Source: a bacterium
Lineage (GTDB): Bacteria > Bacteroidota > Ignavibacteria > UBA10030
Assembly: GCA_043803945.1 (NCBI GenBank)
Contig: JAZDJN010000058.1
Location: 1 to 57,916 of the forward strand
Direction of reading: 5' to 3'
DNA: 57,916 nucleotides
Notes under the pieces: generated by a model
Database searches by the model: none
Seen by the model: the letters and a program-made list of their open reading frames with translations, nothing else
What the model was told of the DNA's origin: nothing
Program-made: the position numbers and the translations under genes
Shown: positions 40,032 to 49,982 of the stretch, piece by piece
Layout of the letters: every line of letters starts with the position of its first letter
Position numbering within the stretch: the first letter of the stretch is position 1

Positions 40032-41021
40032 TCAAGTTTCTAGTACCGCTCGATAAAGTGCAGTGCGGTCAATTGGTACTATGCCGACCTCTCCGCACAC
40101 AATCCCGCCTGCGAAGTTTGCAAGGGAAGCTGCTTCGCGGATTGTCGATCCTGCGGCCAGCGCCATGGTCAGTGTTGAAATAACGGTGTCGCCTGCACCA
40201 GAGACATCGGCCACTTGCCGTGCCTGTGTTTCGACATGCACAACCTCCGCATTATTTTCAAAGAGTGACATCCCGTCTTCGCCGCGCGTAAGCAGCACAT
40301 TCTCAGCTTCAAGGCGTTTTAAAAGCTCGAACCCGCTCCGCTCAACACTCTGTGTGTTGTTCAGCCGGCATCCAAGAGCTGCTTCTGTTTCATTTCTGTT
40401 CGGTTTGAAGACCGTTACCTTCTTATACTCGAAGAAATTATTAAACTTTGGATCCACCGTGATGATTTTACCGTTCTTCAAAGCCAGATCGATCATTTCA
40501 GGAATGAGATCCTTCACAATCATCCCCTTATTGTAATCCTCCAGGATGACAGCATCGACGCTGGAGATCATGCGTTTGAGAGCATCGATGACTTTTTCCT
40601 TGATGGGGCCCTCAATTTCCCGCTTCACCTCTTTATCGACACGCACGACATGCTGATGATGGGCAATGACGCGCGTTTTAACTGTCGTCGGCCTTGAGGC
40701 GTCAATAACTATTCCTTCCGAGGGAAATCCACCGCTCTCAATCAATCGCTGCAGCTCTTTTCCCGCCTCATCATTTCCCACGACACCAATCATTACCGGT
40801 ATGCCGCCGAGTGAGGCAATGTTATTTGCAACATTCGATGCACCGCCGAGCCGTGTGGATTCGGACTCCACCTCAACAACCGGTACAGGTGCTTCGGGGG
40901 AGATTCTCGCCACGGACCCCCAGATATAACGGTCGAGCATCACATCGCCGATAACTGCAATTTTCTTACCGGAGCACCGTTCTAAAATAGACTCAAGCCG
41001 ATTCGGAGTAAAGGTGACCAA
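40032..41021 (-). CDS. rfaE1: D-glycero-beta-D-manno-heptose-7-phosphate kinase (HldE domain I)
   Basis: GDVMLDRY, RISPEAPVPV, GGASNVA, DYNKG and DVSGAGDT (PfkB) motifs. Confidence 0.95.
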   Translation of the reverse strand: MVTFTPNRLESILERCSGKKIAVIGDVMLDRYIWGSVARISPEAPVPVVEVESESTRLGGASNVANNIASLGGIPVMIGVVGNDEAGKELQRLIESGGFPSEGIVIDASRPTTVKTRVIAHHQHVVRVDKEVKREIEGPIKEKVIDALKRMISSVDAVILEDYNKGMIVKDLIPEMIDLALKNGKIITVDPKFNNFFEYKKVTVFKPNRNETEAALGCRLNNTQSVERSGFELLKRLEAENVLLTRGEDGMSLFENNAEVVHVETQARQVADVSGAGDTVISTLTMALAAGSTIREAASLANFAGGIVCGEVGIVPIDRTALYRAVLET

Positions 41022-41104
41022 TAGTGTGCCTCATAAAGTCGTTCATTTTGTGTCAATATACCCAGAAAACGAGGGACAAGCAAGGTAAGCTGTGAGTTTG
41101 TGCA

Positions 41105-41346
41105 GGAATCCGGTTCAAAAGTTCGCCACAGAGAAACACCTGCCCTGCCTGTTTAGATACTATGGTGGCAGGCGGGGAGTTCACTGAGAATGATAAATGT
41201 TTGTTATATCCTCAATATTTCACAAAGATCATCTCTGTGTTCTCCCTGCCTGCGTGCCGATGGCACTTTCGCCTACGCTAAGCTTCTGCGAACAAGTCGG
41301 CAGGCAGGTGTGACTCAGTGGCAAAGTCATTTTTCGATCAGATTCC
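41105..41346. repeat. Nested miniature inverted-repeat element
   Basis: Outer IR GGAATCCGGTTCAAAA / TTTTCGATCAGATTCC; inner IR GCCACAGAG..CACTGAG / CTCTGTG..CTCAGTGGC. Both inner arms are interrupted by CCTGCC..GGCAGG palindromes. Confidence 0.7.
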
Positions 41347-41436
41347 GAGTGGATTCAGCACGAGAATGAGCATTGATTATCAACTTATATTTCTTAACAT
41401 TTTGGCGCGTTCAATTCCCAGCATCCACAGCACCCT

Positions 41437-41511
41437 ATGCGCCTAAAACTGACCATACGTCCGGACGGACCAAACAAATACCTGCCGCTTAACTATAATT
41501 ATTTTTTCTCA
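41437..41511 (+). pseudogene. cas6: Probable 5' stub of CRISPR-associated endoribonuclease Cas6
   Basis: MRLKLTIRPDGPNKYLPLNYNYFFS resembles the Cas6 N-terminal MRxKxxL..LPxNYxY motif. Similarity stops after ~25 aa and no other cas genes or array are in the window. Confidence 0.55.
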
Positions 41512-41822
41512 ATAGAGCATAATTCAGATGAGATGGTAATATTGTACCGGTTTGCCAAACTCGAGGAGGGCTATTGTACCATAACAGCGGTGTATCCTGC
41601 AGAAAATGAAAGGCATCAAATGGTTCAAGAAACAAAAACTCCTTCAAGAGAATTGAGACCAACAACGAACATTTTATGCATTGTTTACGATTAGGTGCGA
41701 TTTGCACCCGCCAATGAATAAGTATAGTTGAAATATGATGGAACGAATTAAAAGCTGCAAGAGGAGCATATTTCCCATCAAACGATTAACAGGGCACCTA
41801 ATTATCTTCACACTGATATAGC

Positions 41823-41829
41823 GTTAGGT
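41823..41829 (+). other. Integron-like core site GTTRRRY (GTTAGGT) just before zorA
   Basis: Ends 5 nt before the zorA ATG (41835); complementary (6/7) to GCCTAAC at 49203; ACCTAA inverted partner at 41796-41801. Confidence 0.5.
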
Positions 41830-41834
41830 TGACA

Positions 41835-43706
41835 ATGGACATCATAGAAAAGTTTTTACCGTACATAGAAAAGTTTTTACCATACAACTCCCTCTTTCAC
41901 TACGACCAGAATACACTCACTGCTTGGTGGGTTGCCGTTACTATTCTTGCAATGTTGACCGCTAGTCTCATGCTCTGGTATCAACTTCGACAGGCACGAT
42001 CCGAGGTGAGGCGGAATGCCGAATCGGTGAATGCGAAAACTCTGAACCAGAGTAAGCTCCTTGAGGACTCATGGAATGCCTATTCGCACACATTTCTATC
42101 CTCAGAAGGTGAGCGACAAAAGACACCTGACTTCGCAGAGGAATTCTTCAATACTCAAGCCGTCTTGCCTTCAAGAATGAACTTGAGGCTTTATCTATCA
42201 GTCCCCAACGTTCTAGTTGGATTTGGGATTCTTGGTACGTTTGTCGGATTAACTGTTGGGATCTCTGGTTTTGACACAAGCACTGCCGGCACGATTAAGC
42301 AAAGCATTCAAGCGTTGCTTTCGGGGATGGGCACTGCTTTCGTCTCATCAGTCTGGGGCATGTTGCTCTCGCTCATTTTCGGTTCGTTCGAGAAGCTGCT
42401 TTTTAAGGGAGTTGACCATGACTTTGAAAGTTTGTCGAAGAAACTCAATGAGCGTTTCAGACTTACAAAATCTGATGAACTAAAGTTCGCACGGGAAGAT
42501 ACTATTCAGGTTCTTGAAACCTACTTTGCTTACAAGACTGAGGAAGGCAAACCTGTTATGCCAGGGACAGTGTTCAGAGACCTTCGCTTTCAGGCCGCAG
42601 AGCAAAGCAAAGCTCTCAAATCATTCTCTACTGACCTTGCGGATGGGATTCGTATCTCAACACAAACAATAAACAAATTGGGCGACCACATTAGCGAAAA
42701 TGTAAGATCACTTTTCAAGGAGGACGTGGCACCGTCACTGGAGAAACTAAGTCAAGCGGCCGATGAACTTCGACAAACCAAAGAGCAATCATCAGCCGAC
42801 GTAATCGAAAGAGTTGTAGGCTCTCTACAGTTATCACTCAATGAAATGATTCAGAAGGTCCAAACATCGCTCTCTGGAACTGCAAAGGCTGAAATGGAGA
42901 ACCTTGCCACCCAACTCAACACTGCGGTAGGTGTATTAGGAGCATTTCCCAACACCGTACAATCAATGATGCAGTCCCTCGAAGCCAGCATGAGTTCGCT
43001 GCAAGCACTTATCAAGGATGCTTCAGCTAATGCCAATGAGGAGGCTGCTGCATCTGCGGCATTGATGCGAGAACAAGTGGAAGAAACAGCAGAAGGTCTT
43101 GCAAAGGTCATCGGATCTCTTCAGGCTCAATCCCAGGTTTTGCTTACCAATCAAAGCCAGAACACGATTGCAGTGCAGGAGACGGTTAATGGTTCACAGG
43201 GACTACTGCAAAAGGCGAATGAGCTCTATGAAAAGATGAACCAGTTGGTAAACGGTACCGGGAAAGTGATGGATGACATCAAACAGATTTCAAGGGTCTT
43301 CAATGAAACTGGAGTGACTCTCAAGAGTAGCGCCGACAACCTCAACAAGACAACGACGACATTCCAGACTCAATCCCAGGCTCTTATCACTGCTAACCAA
43401 CAGACTCTAAAGCAGTTCGATGTCGCACTTGACAAGGCCAAGTCAACTGTGACTGAGTATTCACAGAAGTTTGGTGTAATTCAACAGGGATTGGTGGGCG
43501 TTTTCGATGAACTACAAAAAGGCTTGACCGAGTACCAATCCGTTACCAAAGAGAACCTTAATGCTTACCTGCAAGACTTTACAAGCCATCTCGTCGATGC
43601 ATCAAAATCTCTAAGTGGAACAATTAGTGATCTGGAGTCGAGCATCGAAGAGATGAACGACTCTTTCGAAAAGTTCATCTCGACGATGAGGAATTCACAG
43701 CATTAG
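41835..43706 (+). CDS. zorA: Zorya anti-phage protein ZorA (MotA-like TM domain + long cytoplasmic tail)
   Basis: Three TM helices with VPNVLVGFGILGTFVGL and GMGTAFVSSVWGM, then a ~400-aa helical tail; first gene of a zorABCD order. Confidence 0.92.
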   Translation: MDIIEKFLPYIEKFLPYNSLFHYDQNTLTAWWVAVTILAMLTASLMLWYQLRQARSEVRRNAESVNAKTLNQSKLLEDSWNAYSHTFLSSEGERQKTPDFAEEFFNTQAVLPSRMNLRLYLSVPNVLVGFGILGTFVGLTVGISGFDTSTAGTIKQSIQALLSGMGTAFVSSVWGMLLSLIFGSFEKLLFKGVDHDFESLSKKLNERFRLTKSDELKFAREDTIQVLETYFAYKTEEGKPVMPGTVFRDLRFQAAEQSKALKSFSTDLADGIRISTQTINKLGDHISENVRSLFKEDVAPSLEKLSQAADELRQTKEQSSADVIERVVGSLQLSLNEMIQKVQTSLSGTAKAEMENLATQLNTAVGVLGAFPNTVQSMMQSLEASMSSLQALIKDASANANEEAAASAALMREQVEETAEGLAKVIGSLQAQSQVLLTNQSQNTIAVQETVNGSQGLLQKANELYEKMNQLVNGTGKVMDDIKQISRVFNETGVTLKSSADNLNKTTTTFQTQSQALITANQQTLKQFDVALDKAKSTVTEYSQKFGVIQQGLVGVFDELQKGLTEYQSVTKENLNAYLQDFTSHLVDASKSLSGTISDLESSIEEMNDSFEKFISTMRNSQH

Positions 43707-43707
43707 C

Positions 43708-44412
43708 ATGACTAAAAAAATGATCAAAGTCTCAAAAGGTCTGGAGCGCTTTCAAGAAGAAAATCCGTTTGCCATGTCCATTGGTGACCTAATGGCCGCT
43801 TTGCTACTCATTTTTGTTCTCCTGCTATCATCAACACTACTGAGAATTCAAGAGGAGGCTGAAAAAGGCAGAGATATTCAAAAAGCACTCTACCGTGATC
43901 TCGTTGAAAAGTTTAGTGATAAACAAAAAGACTGGAACATGGTTATTGATACTACACTTACGATCAGTTTTAAGGAACCAGATGTTCTTTTCAAGCTTGG
44001 CAGGGCAGATCTACAGCCCAGATTCATGAAGATTCTTAACGAGTTTTTTCCTCAATATATAGAAGTGTTAAGACGTGTGCAGCATGTAGAGAATATAGAC
44101 GAAATCCGAATTGAGGGTCACACTTCAAGCGACTGGACATTTGGTAACGTAGATCCGGCAACAGCCTTCATAATGAACATGGAATTATCACAGGGGAGAA
44201 CAAGGGCGGTTCTGACTTTTTCACTATCCACGCTGCATCAAACAGAAGGTATAGAAAAAAAGTGGGTGAGAAGTAAGTTGGCTGCCATTGGATTCTCTTC
44301 CAGCAGGTTGATTGCACCAAACAATATTGAAGACAGGGTTGCATCTCGGCGAGTGGAGTTCAAAGTGCGCACAGATAGCGATAAGAGAATAAAAGAACTC
44401 ATCGGACGCTGA
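43708..44412 (+). CDS. zorB: Zorya protein ZorB (MotB/OmpA peptidoglycan-binding)
   Basis: SIGDLMAALLLIF TM with the conserved Asp; IEGHTS, LSQGR and SRRVEF OmpA motifs. Confidence 0.93.
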   Translation: MTKKMIKVSKGLERFQEENPFAMSIGDLMAALLLIFVLLLSSTLLRIQEEAEKGRDIQKALYRDLVEKFSDKQKDWNMVIDTTLTISFKEPDVLFKLGRADLQPRFMKILNEFFPQYIEVLRRVQHVENIDEIRIEGHTSSDWTFGNVDPATAFIMNMELSQGRTRAVLTFSLSTLHQTEGIEKKWVRSKLAAIGFSSSRLIAPNNIEDRVASRRVEFKVRTDSDKRIKELIGR

Positions 44413-44430
44413 AAGGATGTACTTTAAATC

Positions 44431-45882
44431 ATGTCCACCATGAACAGGCAGTTGCAAGAAACACTGAACTTCCGGTTCGATGCCAGCGGGTTCGCAAGCT
44501 TCGGTAGGAGTTTATTTGTACCGGAAACGGAAAAAGCATTACGTCATACCATCTTTTCCCTTGATTCTCTAAAGCGAAAAGCAACGACACTGAGCCGGAC
44601 TACGCTTGCTGACAGTTCAAACATCCACGATGAGTTCATGACAGCGGTGCAAAGCGGTTATAACCATCTGAGCACGGCATTCGACTCTCGCAGAAAGGTG
44701 AGAAAGCTTTCCTGGTCACTGAATGTGAATTCAGAGGGGAGAATTCCGATCATCCAAACAAAATATCTGCCTGAAGCGCTTCGGCTGATAGAAGGATCTA
44801 GCCGTCCAAGCATGCTGCTGGGAGTTGTTGACTGCCTTCTCGAATGGTGGATATCACTCCAAGAGTCCTACAGGTCCGACATGATGAAGCTCATAGAAAC
44901 GAAGCTTTCATCTTTTTCGGGTAAAAATCCGAAGCTCACAAAACTCAGAGAGATGGCTCCATATTTCACGAGGGCAACTGGCCCGGCTGGACTCGCTGCA
45001 GACCTGATTAAGGAAGATCGTCAGCTTAGTGAAGTGTGGGGTCTATTCGAGTTTGCAGACAGTATGCGGCGATATAGATACTTCAGCGAAGTAGCTTTGC
45101 AATACATTCAAGTCTCACGGAGGCTCAATAGACTATCCAATGAGATACCTGCAATAATGGACTTCTTGAGGAGCCATACGGAGAATGTGAAAGGGGTACA
45201 AATATCCAAGAAGATCATATCGATTCTGGTTGAGTGGATGGATAAAACTTCTTCGCTCGACCATAAACAACTTCTAAAGGAAAAGGCCTTTAATCTGATA
45301 GGTGATCCAAAATGGGAGGATAGGTGGTCGCCATGGCCGGGGATCACTGACTCTGAAGAGTCAACATTACGAAAGGCAAGAAAAACACTCAAAGAGTGGT
45401 TGGCGGTTGAGATTTTTGGGATCTTCTTTGAAAATCGATCGCTCGGTATGGACAAACGCAGAAAGAACTTTTGGTTAAGGTACTGTCGACATGTCGATGA
45501 ATTTAAACTGTATACGAATCGAACAGTTCTATCTTCGCTATCTGATGACGATCGTGTGAAACCATATGCTCCAACAAGATTAGGTCGTTTGACCGGTGGT
45601 GGAAACCAATTGAGTGCATTGGTTTTTACAATCAAAGGCTACGTGTTAGTTGAATTCAGTGCGATAGGAGGAGCTTTCTACGCGTACACAAGCGAAGGGC
45701 TAATATGCCCGGATACTTCTCGCCACACCATGAAAATCTCAGACTTACGAAGAGGCGTGGATGTTGACCATCTCATTAACCACACTACTGGAAGATTTTC
45801 GCCTGAGGGCAGGTTCTTCCACAACGGGAACGACTGGGAATATCGTCTTTCCCATTGGATTAGTAGATATCTAGGAATCTGA
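44431..45882 (+). CDS. zorC: Zorya protein ZorC (EH-signature domain)
   Basis: RKNFWLRY, VLVEFSAIGGAFYAY and RFFH..W motifs; positioned between zorB and zorD. Confidence 0.88.
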   Translation: MSTMNRQLQETLNFRFDASGFASFGRSLFVPETEKALRHTIFSLDSLKRKATTLSRTTLADSSNIHDEFMTAVQSGYNHLSTAFDSRRKVRKLSWSLNVNSEGRIPIIQTKYLPEALRLIEGSSRPSMLLGVVDCLLEWWISLQESYRSDMMKLIETKLSSFSGKNPKLTKLREMAPYFTRATGPAGLAADLIKEDRQLSEVWGLFEFADSMRRYRYFSEVALQYIQVSRRLNRLSNEIPAIMDFLRSHTENVKGVQISKKIISILVEWMDKTSSLDHKQLLKEKAFNLIGDPKWEDRWSPWPGITDSEESTLRKARKTLKEWLAVEIFGIFFENRSLGMDKRRKNFWLRYCRHVDEFKLYTNRTVLSSLSDDDRVKPYAPTRLGRLTGGGNQLSALVFTIKGYVLVEFSAIGGAFYAYTSEGLICPDTSRHTMKISDLRRGVDVDHLINHTTGRFSPEGRFFHNGNDWEYRLSHWISRYLGI

Positions 45883-45885
45883 GGC

Positions 45886-48800
45886 ATGCTTTCAACCGAA
45901 ATTACATCCCATAATATCAAATTCCAATTTCGAATTGATGAAACTATCGTCGCGTTTGATCAGTGCTGTTCAACGCTAGCCGGGGATGAGTTTGCAGCAT
46001 TTCTTCTTTTGAAAGAACTGATCGAAAACGGCAAGGCGCAACTTACAGGCAACACCATCTCTCTTCCACATGAAGAATCTGCATCACTAGACTCGCTCGA
46101 TGCTCGGCTCCTAGCACTTCCTTCACGTTTTCCCTTTGATATCCGTATTGATTCATCTGATACTCTCAACAGTACGGGGTTCCGATTCAAATGGGGATTC
46201 TATGAATACGCTGAGGGGAAGCAACTGTTTGGCAAGAGGACGGGATCGATTGTTGAATTGGAAGACGGTGGACGGTATCTCCTCTCGTTAGACCAACTAA
46301 ACCTCTGCAATGCATTGGATGAGTTCAACTCGCTTCCTGCTCAATCCAAGGCATTTCGAGGCAACCTCCTTCGATTTGCTGAGATCAAAAACCTTTCGGA
46401 GAAGTCTACCGCTGTCTTGGACAGGTACCTGGCATCGGAGAAGGTTTTGGCTCCAGCTAAGATCTCTTTGAAAGTGACAAAGGCTGTGAATGAGGATGTC
46501 CAATTTCTTCCAGAGATTGAGACTGATGTACAGTCTCAGTTTGAAGAGAAGTTCAAAGCCAATCCTCAGGTGGAAGATGTTTATGCAGTTCAAGATGAGG
46601 CCGGGGATCGCACTCGAATCGTCCTTACCGATCAACAGGTCGGTGAACTTCGGAAAATGAAGCAGGCAAACAGGCTTCCAAGAGAGGAAAAGGTGGTAGT
46701 CCTTCAGAATCCACTGACGTTGTTCGATCCAGATGCCATCGACTTAGATAACTACAGCGATCGAGTGGTGGAAATCGGATTCTATAAACCCAAGTTCTAC
46801 CCGTTTGTATCCCCCTATAAGTCCATATGGATTCCGGGCCTCGTGATCGAAACGACTCCACAGGAAAGAAAAAAGATCACAATAAAGGACGAAGATGAAC
46901 TGGCTGCGGGAAGAATGGCGTTGGAAGAGGTGAAGAAAACGAATTGTTCTTCCGTGAATTGGAAAGACTCCAGTATTCCAGTTAGTGAATTCACAAAGCT
47001 TCTCCGCTTGGCGGAACGACAGTTTCAGAGTCCCAAACAGCCCGTCACAAAAGATCCTTCATCGGGAGATAAGGTTCTTATCATCAAGGAGAACATCGCT
47101 GAACTTGATTTTGGCAATCAACAAATTCCTTCTCAACCGTTTAAAGAAGTGCAGTTTCACGATCCCCCCAACCTTAAAGGCACAGCCAAGCTGCTGAATC
47201 ACCAGCGGGATGGAGTTGCTTGGATGCAATCACTTCTGATGCAAAATCACTCCGGGAGTCTGCTGGCGGATGATATGGGCCTTGGCAAGACCCTGCAGGT
47301 TCTGTGCCTGATTCAATGGTACTATCAGGAGGCAGGTACAGACATCAATGTACGACCTTCGCTTGTTGTAGCTCCTGTGACTCTCTTGGAGAATTGGGAG
47401 AAAGAGTTTGATACGTTCTTTGAAAGCACAGACTTAAGAATAACAAAGGCATATGGAAGCTACGGAAAAGAATTCCTCGTTTCATCTCTGACAGTAGATA
47501 ATGTGAGAAAAGAGCTAGAGAAGAAGCACATCGTACTCACAAACTATGAGACACTTCGATCCCACCAATTGAAACTTTGTGCTGTCGATTGGGGGGTTGT
47601 CGTTCTAGATGAAGCACAAAAGATAAAGACCCCCGGAACGCTTGTCACAAATGCAGCAAAAGCCCTGAAGGCCCAATTCAAAGTTGCGGTCACTGGAACT
47701 CCTGTAGAAAACACTTGGATGGACCTCTGGTGCATTGTTGATTTTATCATTCCTGGCTTGCTTGGGAGCGCAAGGGAATTTAGTGGAAAATATCAGAAGC
47801 CGTTGAAACTCGATGAGACAGACATACCGCAATTAGGACAACAATTGAGGAATGAGGTCGGAGTTTTCCTCATGAGACGTCTCAAGGAGGATGTGTTGTC
47901 CCAACTTCCAAAGAAACATCTCATTCCAAGAGAAGAGACATCTCGGAGAATGCCTCAGGAACAGATGGACCGTTACAACCTTGAAATCAGCCAAGCGAAA
48001 GATGCCTCCTCCTCGACAGACCGGAACAGAGTTCTCTCTGCTATATGGGCGGTTCGGAATATCTCTGATCACCCCTATCTATTGGAAAAGCAGATCGACG
48101 TATACAATTCTCCTGAACTAGTACGAACTTCTGCCAAGCTGCAGATAACACATGAACTCTTGAAGCAGATCAAGGTCAAAGGAGAGAAAGTGCTGCTGTA
48201 TGCTGATAGAAAAGAGACGCAACGACTTCTGGCCAAGGTTCTTAGAGATGAGTTCGGAATACATGCGAGCATCATTAACGGTGACACGCCAGCCTACAAG
48301 CCAAACGCCAAATCTTCAGTTGAAAGTCGCCAAGGAACCATTGACCAGTTTCAGGCCGTGGATGGTTTCAATGCCATTGTGCTATCGCCTCTTGCTGCGG
48401 GGGTTGGATTGAATATCACGGGAGCGAATCATGTCATTCACTATTCTCGGCACTGGAACCCGGCGAAGGAGGATCAGGCAACAGATCGAGTGTATCGGAT
48501 TGGACAAGAGAAGGATGTGTACATCTACTATCCAATGGCTGTCGCAGAAGGATTCGAGTCCTTTGATGTTGTTCTGGACAAGCTTCTAGAACGGAAGAGA
48601 GCGCTTTCAAGGGCTTCTCTATATCCTGTTGATCAGGCAGAGGTTGACCCGGAGGATTTATTCAAGGGTGTATTTGGATCGGAAGCCGGTCCAACAACTG
48701 ACAAGAAATTTTCAATCGACGACATTGACAAGCTCGATCCTTTCTTGTTTGAATCTTTGATTGGCGTTTTATTCTCCAAGCGTGGATTTGTAGTCCAGGT

Positions 48801-49134
48801 GACGCCAAGAAGTAATGATAAGGGTGCCGATGTTGTCGCGCTCTCAGAAACGAGGAATCTCTTGATTCAAGCCAAACTCGTCAGCGGTGAAGTCAATCAG
48901 GATGCTGTGGGGGAGATTCTGAAAGCACGAGGTTACTATCACCAAAAGTACAACAAGGATTTCACTTTGCTAATTGTAACGAACCGGACTTTGTCTGGCT
49001 CAGCTTTGGGGATTGCGTCTGCCAATTCTGTTACAGTCAACGAACGTAATGATCTGAATCAGGCATTGATTTCCCATCCGGTCATCTTGAAAGAATTGCT
49101 TGAGATGGAGAGAAAGAGGGTACGAACAGTTTGA
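45886..49134 (+). CDS. zorD: Zorya protein ZorD (SNF2 helicase/ATPase + C-terminal Mrr-like nuclease)
   Basis: LADDMGLGKT, DEAQ, TGTPVEN and WNPAKEDQATDRVYRIGQ motifs; C-terminal FE..DKGADVV..IQAK. Confidence 0.93.
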   Translation: MLSTEITSHNIKFQFRIDETIVAFDQCCSTLAGDEFAAFLLLKELIENGKAQLTGNTISLPHEESASLDSLDARLLALPSRFPFDIRIDSSDTLNSTGFRFKWGFYEYAEGKQLFGKRTGSIVELEDGGRYLLSLDQLNLCNALDEFNSLPAQSKAFRGNLLRFAEIKNLSEKSTAVLDRYLASEKVLAPAKISLKVTKAVNEDVQFLPEIETDVQSQFEEKFKANPQVEDVYAVQDEAGDRTRIVLTDQQVGELRKMKQANRLPREEKVVVLQNPLTLFDPDAIDLDNYSDRVVEIGFYKPKFYPFVSPYKSIWIPGLVIETTPQERKKITIKDEDELAAGRMALEEVKKTNCSSVNWKDSSIPVSEFTKLLRLAERQFQSPKQPVTKDPSSGDKVLIIKENIAELDFGNQQIPSQPFKEVQFHDPPNLKGTAKLLNHQRDGVAWMQSLLMQNHSGSLLADDMGLGKTLQVLCLIQWYYQEAGTDINVRPSLVVAPVTLLENWEKEFDTFFESTDLRITKAYGSYGKEFLVSSLTVDNVRKELEKKHIVLTNYETLRSHQLKLCAVDWGVVVLDEAQKIKTPGTLVTNAAKALKAQFKVAVTGTPVENTWMDLWCIVDFIIPGLLGSAREFSGKYQKPLKLDETDIPQLGQQLRNEVGVFLMRRLKEDVLSQLPKKHLIPREETSRRMPQEQMDRYNLEISQAKDASSSTDRNRVLSAIWAVRNISDHPYLLEKQIDVYNSPELVRTSAKLQITHELLKQIKVKGEKVLLYADRKETQRLLAKVLRDEFGIHASIINGDTPAYKPNAKSSVESRQGTIDQFQAVDGFNAIVLSPLAAGVGLNITGANHVIHYSRHWNPAKEDQATDRVYRIGQEKDVYIYYPMAVAEGFESFDVVLDKLLERKRALSRASLYPVDQAEVDPEDLFKGVFGSEAGPTTDKKFSIDDIDKLDPFLFESLIGVLFSKRGFVVQVTPRSNDKGADVVALSETRNLLIQAKLVSGEVNQDAVGEILKARGYYHQKYNKDFTLLIVTNRTLSGSALGIASANSVTVNERNDLNQALISHPVILKELLEMERKRVRTV

Positions 49135-49202
49135 TGAGACAACTATGTTAACTCACAGGAAGATAACCAGTCACCTAAACTCGGCTGATGGATGCAAACT
49201 GC

Positions 49203-49268
49203 GCCTAACAGCAGCAAAACCGGTTCGGGCAAAAAACACCCTCACCCAAATTGCGGCACACGTTAAAT
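49203..49268 (+). other. attC-like recombination site downstream of zorD
   Basis: RYYYAAC (GCCTAAC) ... GTTRRRY (GTTAAAT), 66 bp. Imperfect stem with GCAGCAA/TTGCGGC, GGT/ACC and GGG/CCC pairings. Confidence 0.6.
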
Positions 49269-49333
49269 TCGAATCGGACCAGAACCCTCCTTCCGCAAAC
49301 GAACCGATGGAGGCGGGCAAGTAGAATTGAGAC
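49267..49333 (+). repeat. ~66-bp direct repeat, copy 1
   Basis: ATTCGAATCGGAC..GCAAACGAACCGATGGAGGCGGGCAAGTAGAATTGAGAC; last 39 nt identical to copy 2 (51366-51431). Confidence 0.9.
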
Positions 49334-49417
49334 TGGATGTACGCACTAAAAAGGTGTAGACTTTTGGATGTTATGTGAAAATGCGCCGCAATCAGATTAT
49401 AAAAGGATAAGGACATT

Positions 49418-49723
49418 CTAAAGAAGGTGATCAAGATTGCGTGATCCGTGGATGACACGATGTAGTTCTATCGTATTGCCACGGATGATGTAGAAAACAA
49501 GGTAGGATTCAACAATTAGTACACGGTATCCATATTCTTTAAGCTTTGAATGCCGTGGTTCTCGACCTAAATGTGGGTGCTTTTCTAATAATCCAATTCG
49601 CTTGTCAAGCTTTTCGACAAACGAATGCGCTCGATTTGGGTTCTCTTTTGCAATCCAATTAAAAATAGAGATAAGATCATCTTGCGCTACTGGTAAATAG
49701 CGAAGTGTCATTTTATCAAGCAT
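49418..49723 (-). CDS. RelE/ParE family toxin
   Basis: AQDDLISIFNWIAKENP..A, HPHLGR, YRVLIVESYLVFY and RVIHGSRN motifs. Confidence 0.9.
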   Translation of the reverse strand: MLDKMTLRYLPVAQDDLISIFNWIAKENPNRAHSFVEKLDKRIGLLEKHPHLGREPRHSKLKEYGYRVLIVESYLVFYIIRGNTIELHRVIHGSRNLDHLL

Positions 49724-49982
49724 GGACTCTCTTACGAAGCTTTGACATCATTTGTGAATGTGTAATTCCTTTTAGGCCATCGGCTGATTGAGCTTGTGCT
49801 ACACTAAGTTTCTCAAAAAGATCAACTTGAGCTTTGAGGCGTTCATAATGATCGATGCTCATTACAACCAAGTCCCCTTCACCATTGGTGGTCAGATAGA
49901 CCGGTTCATCCTGTTCATGACATAATGATGCAATTTCCCGTGTGCGATTACGCATACTCGAAATAGATTTTATAATTGGCAT
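49716..49982 (-). CDS. Phd/YefM family antitoxin
   Basis: IKSISSMRN, EPVYLTTNGEGDLVVMS; overlaps the toxin start. Confidence 0.9.
   Translation of the reverse strand: MPIIKSISSMRNRTREIASLCHEQDEPVYLTTNGEGDLVVMSIDHYERLKAQVDLFEKLSVAQAQSADGLKGITHSQMMSKLRKRVHA

Noticed and set aside
41404-41432. tRNA 3'-half/att-like sequence (GCGCGTTCAATTCCCAGCATCCACA)
   Set aside because: The T-stem does not pair and there is no acceptor or anticodon arm.
41512-41694. Possible toxin (BrnT-like) remnant in the distal part of ORF 41437-41694
   Set aside because: Only a vague resemblance (..CTITAVYPA..); it cannot be supported without a search.
41835-44412. Flagellar stator MotA/MotB
   Set aside because: The long ZorA-type tail and the adjacent EH-signature and SNF2-Mrr genes indicate Zorya; there are no flagellar genes in the window.
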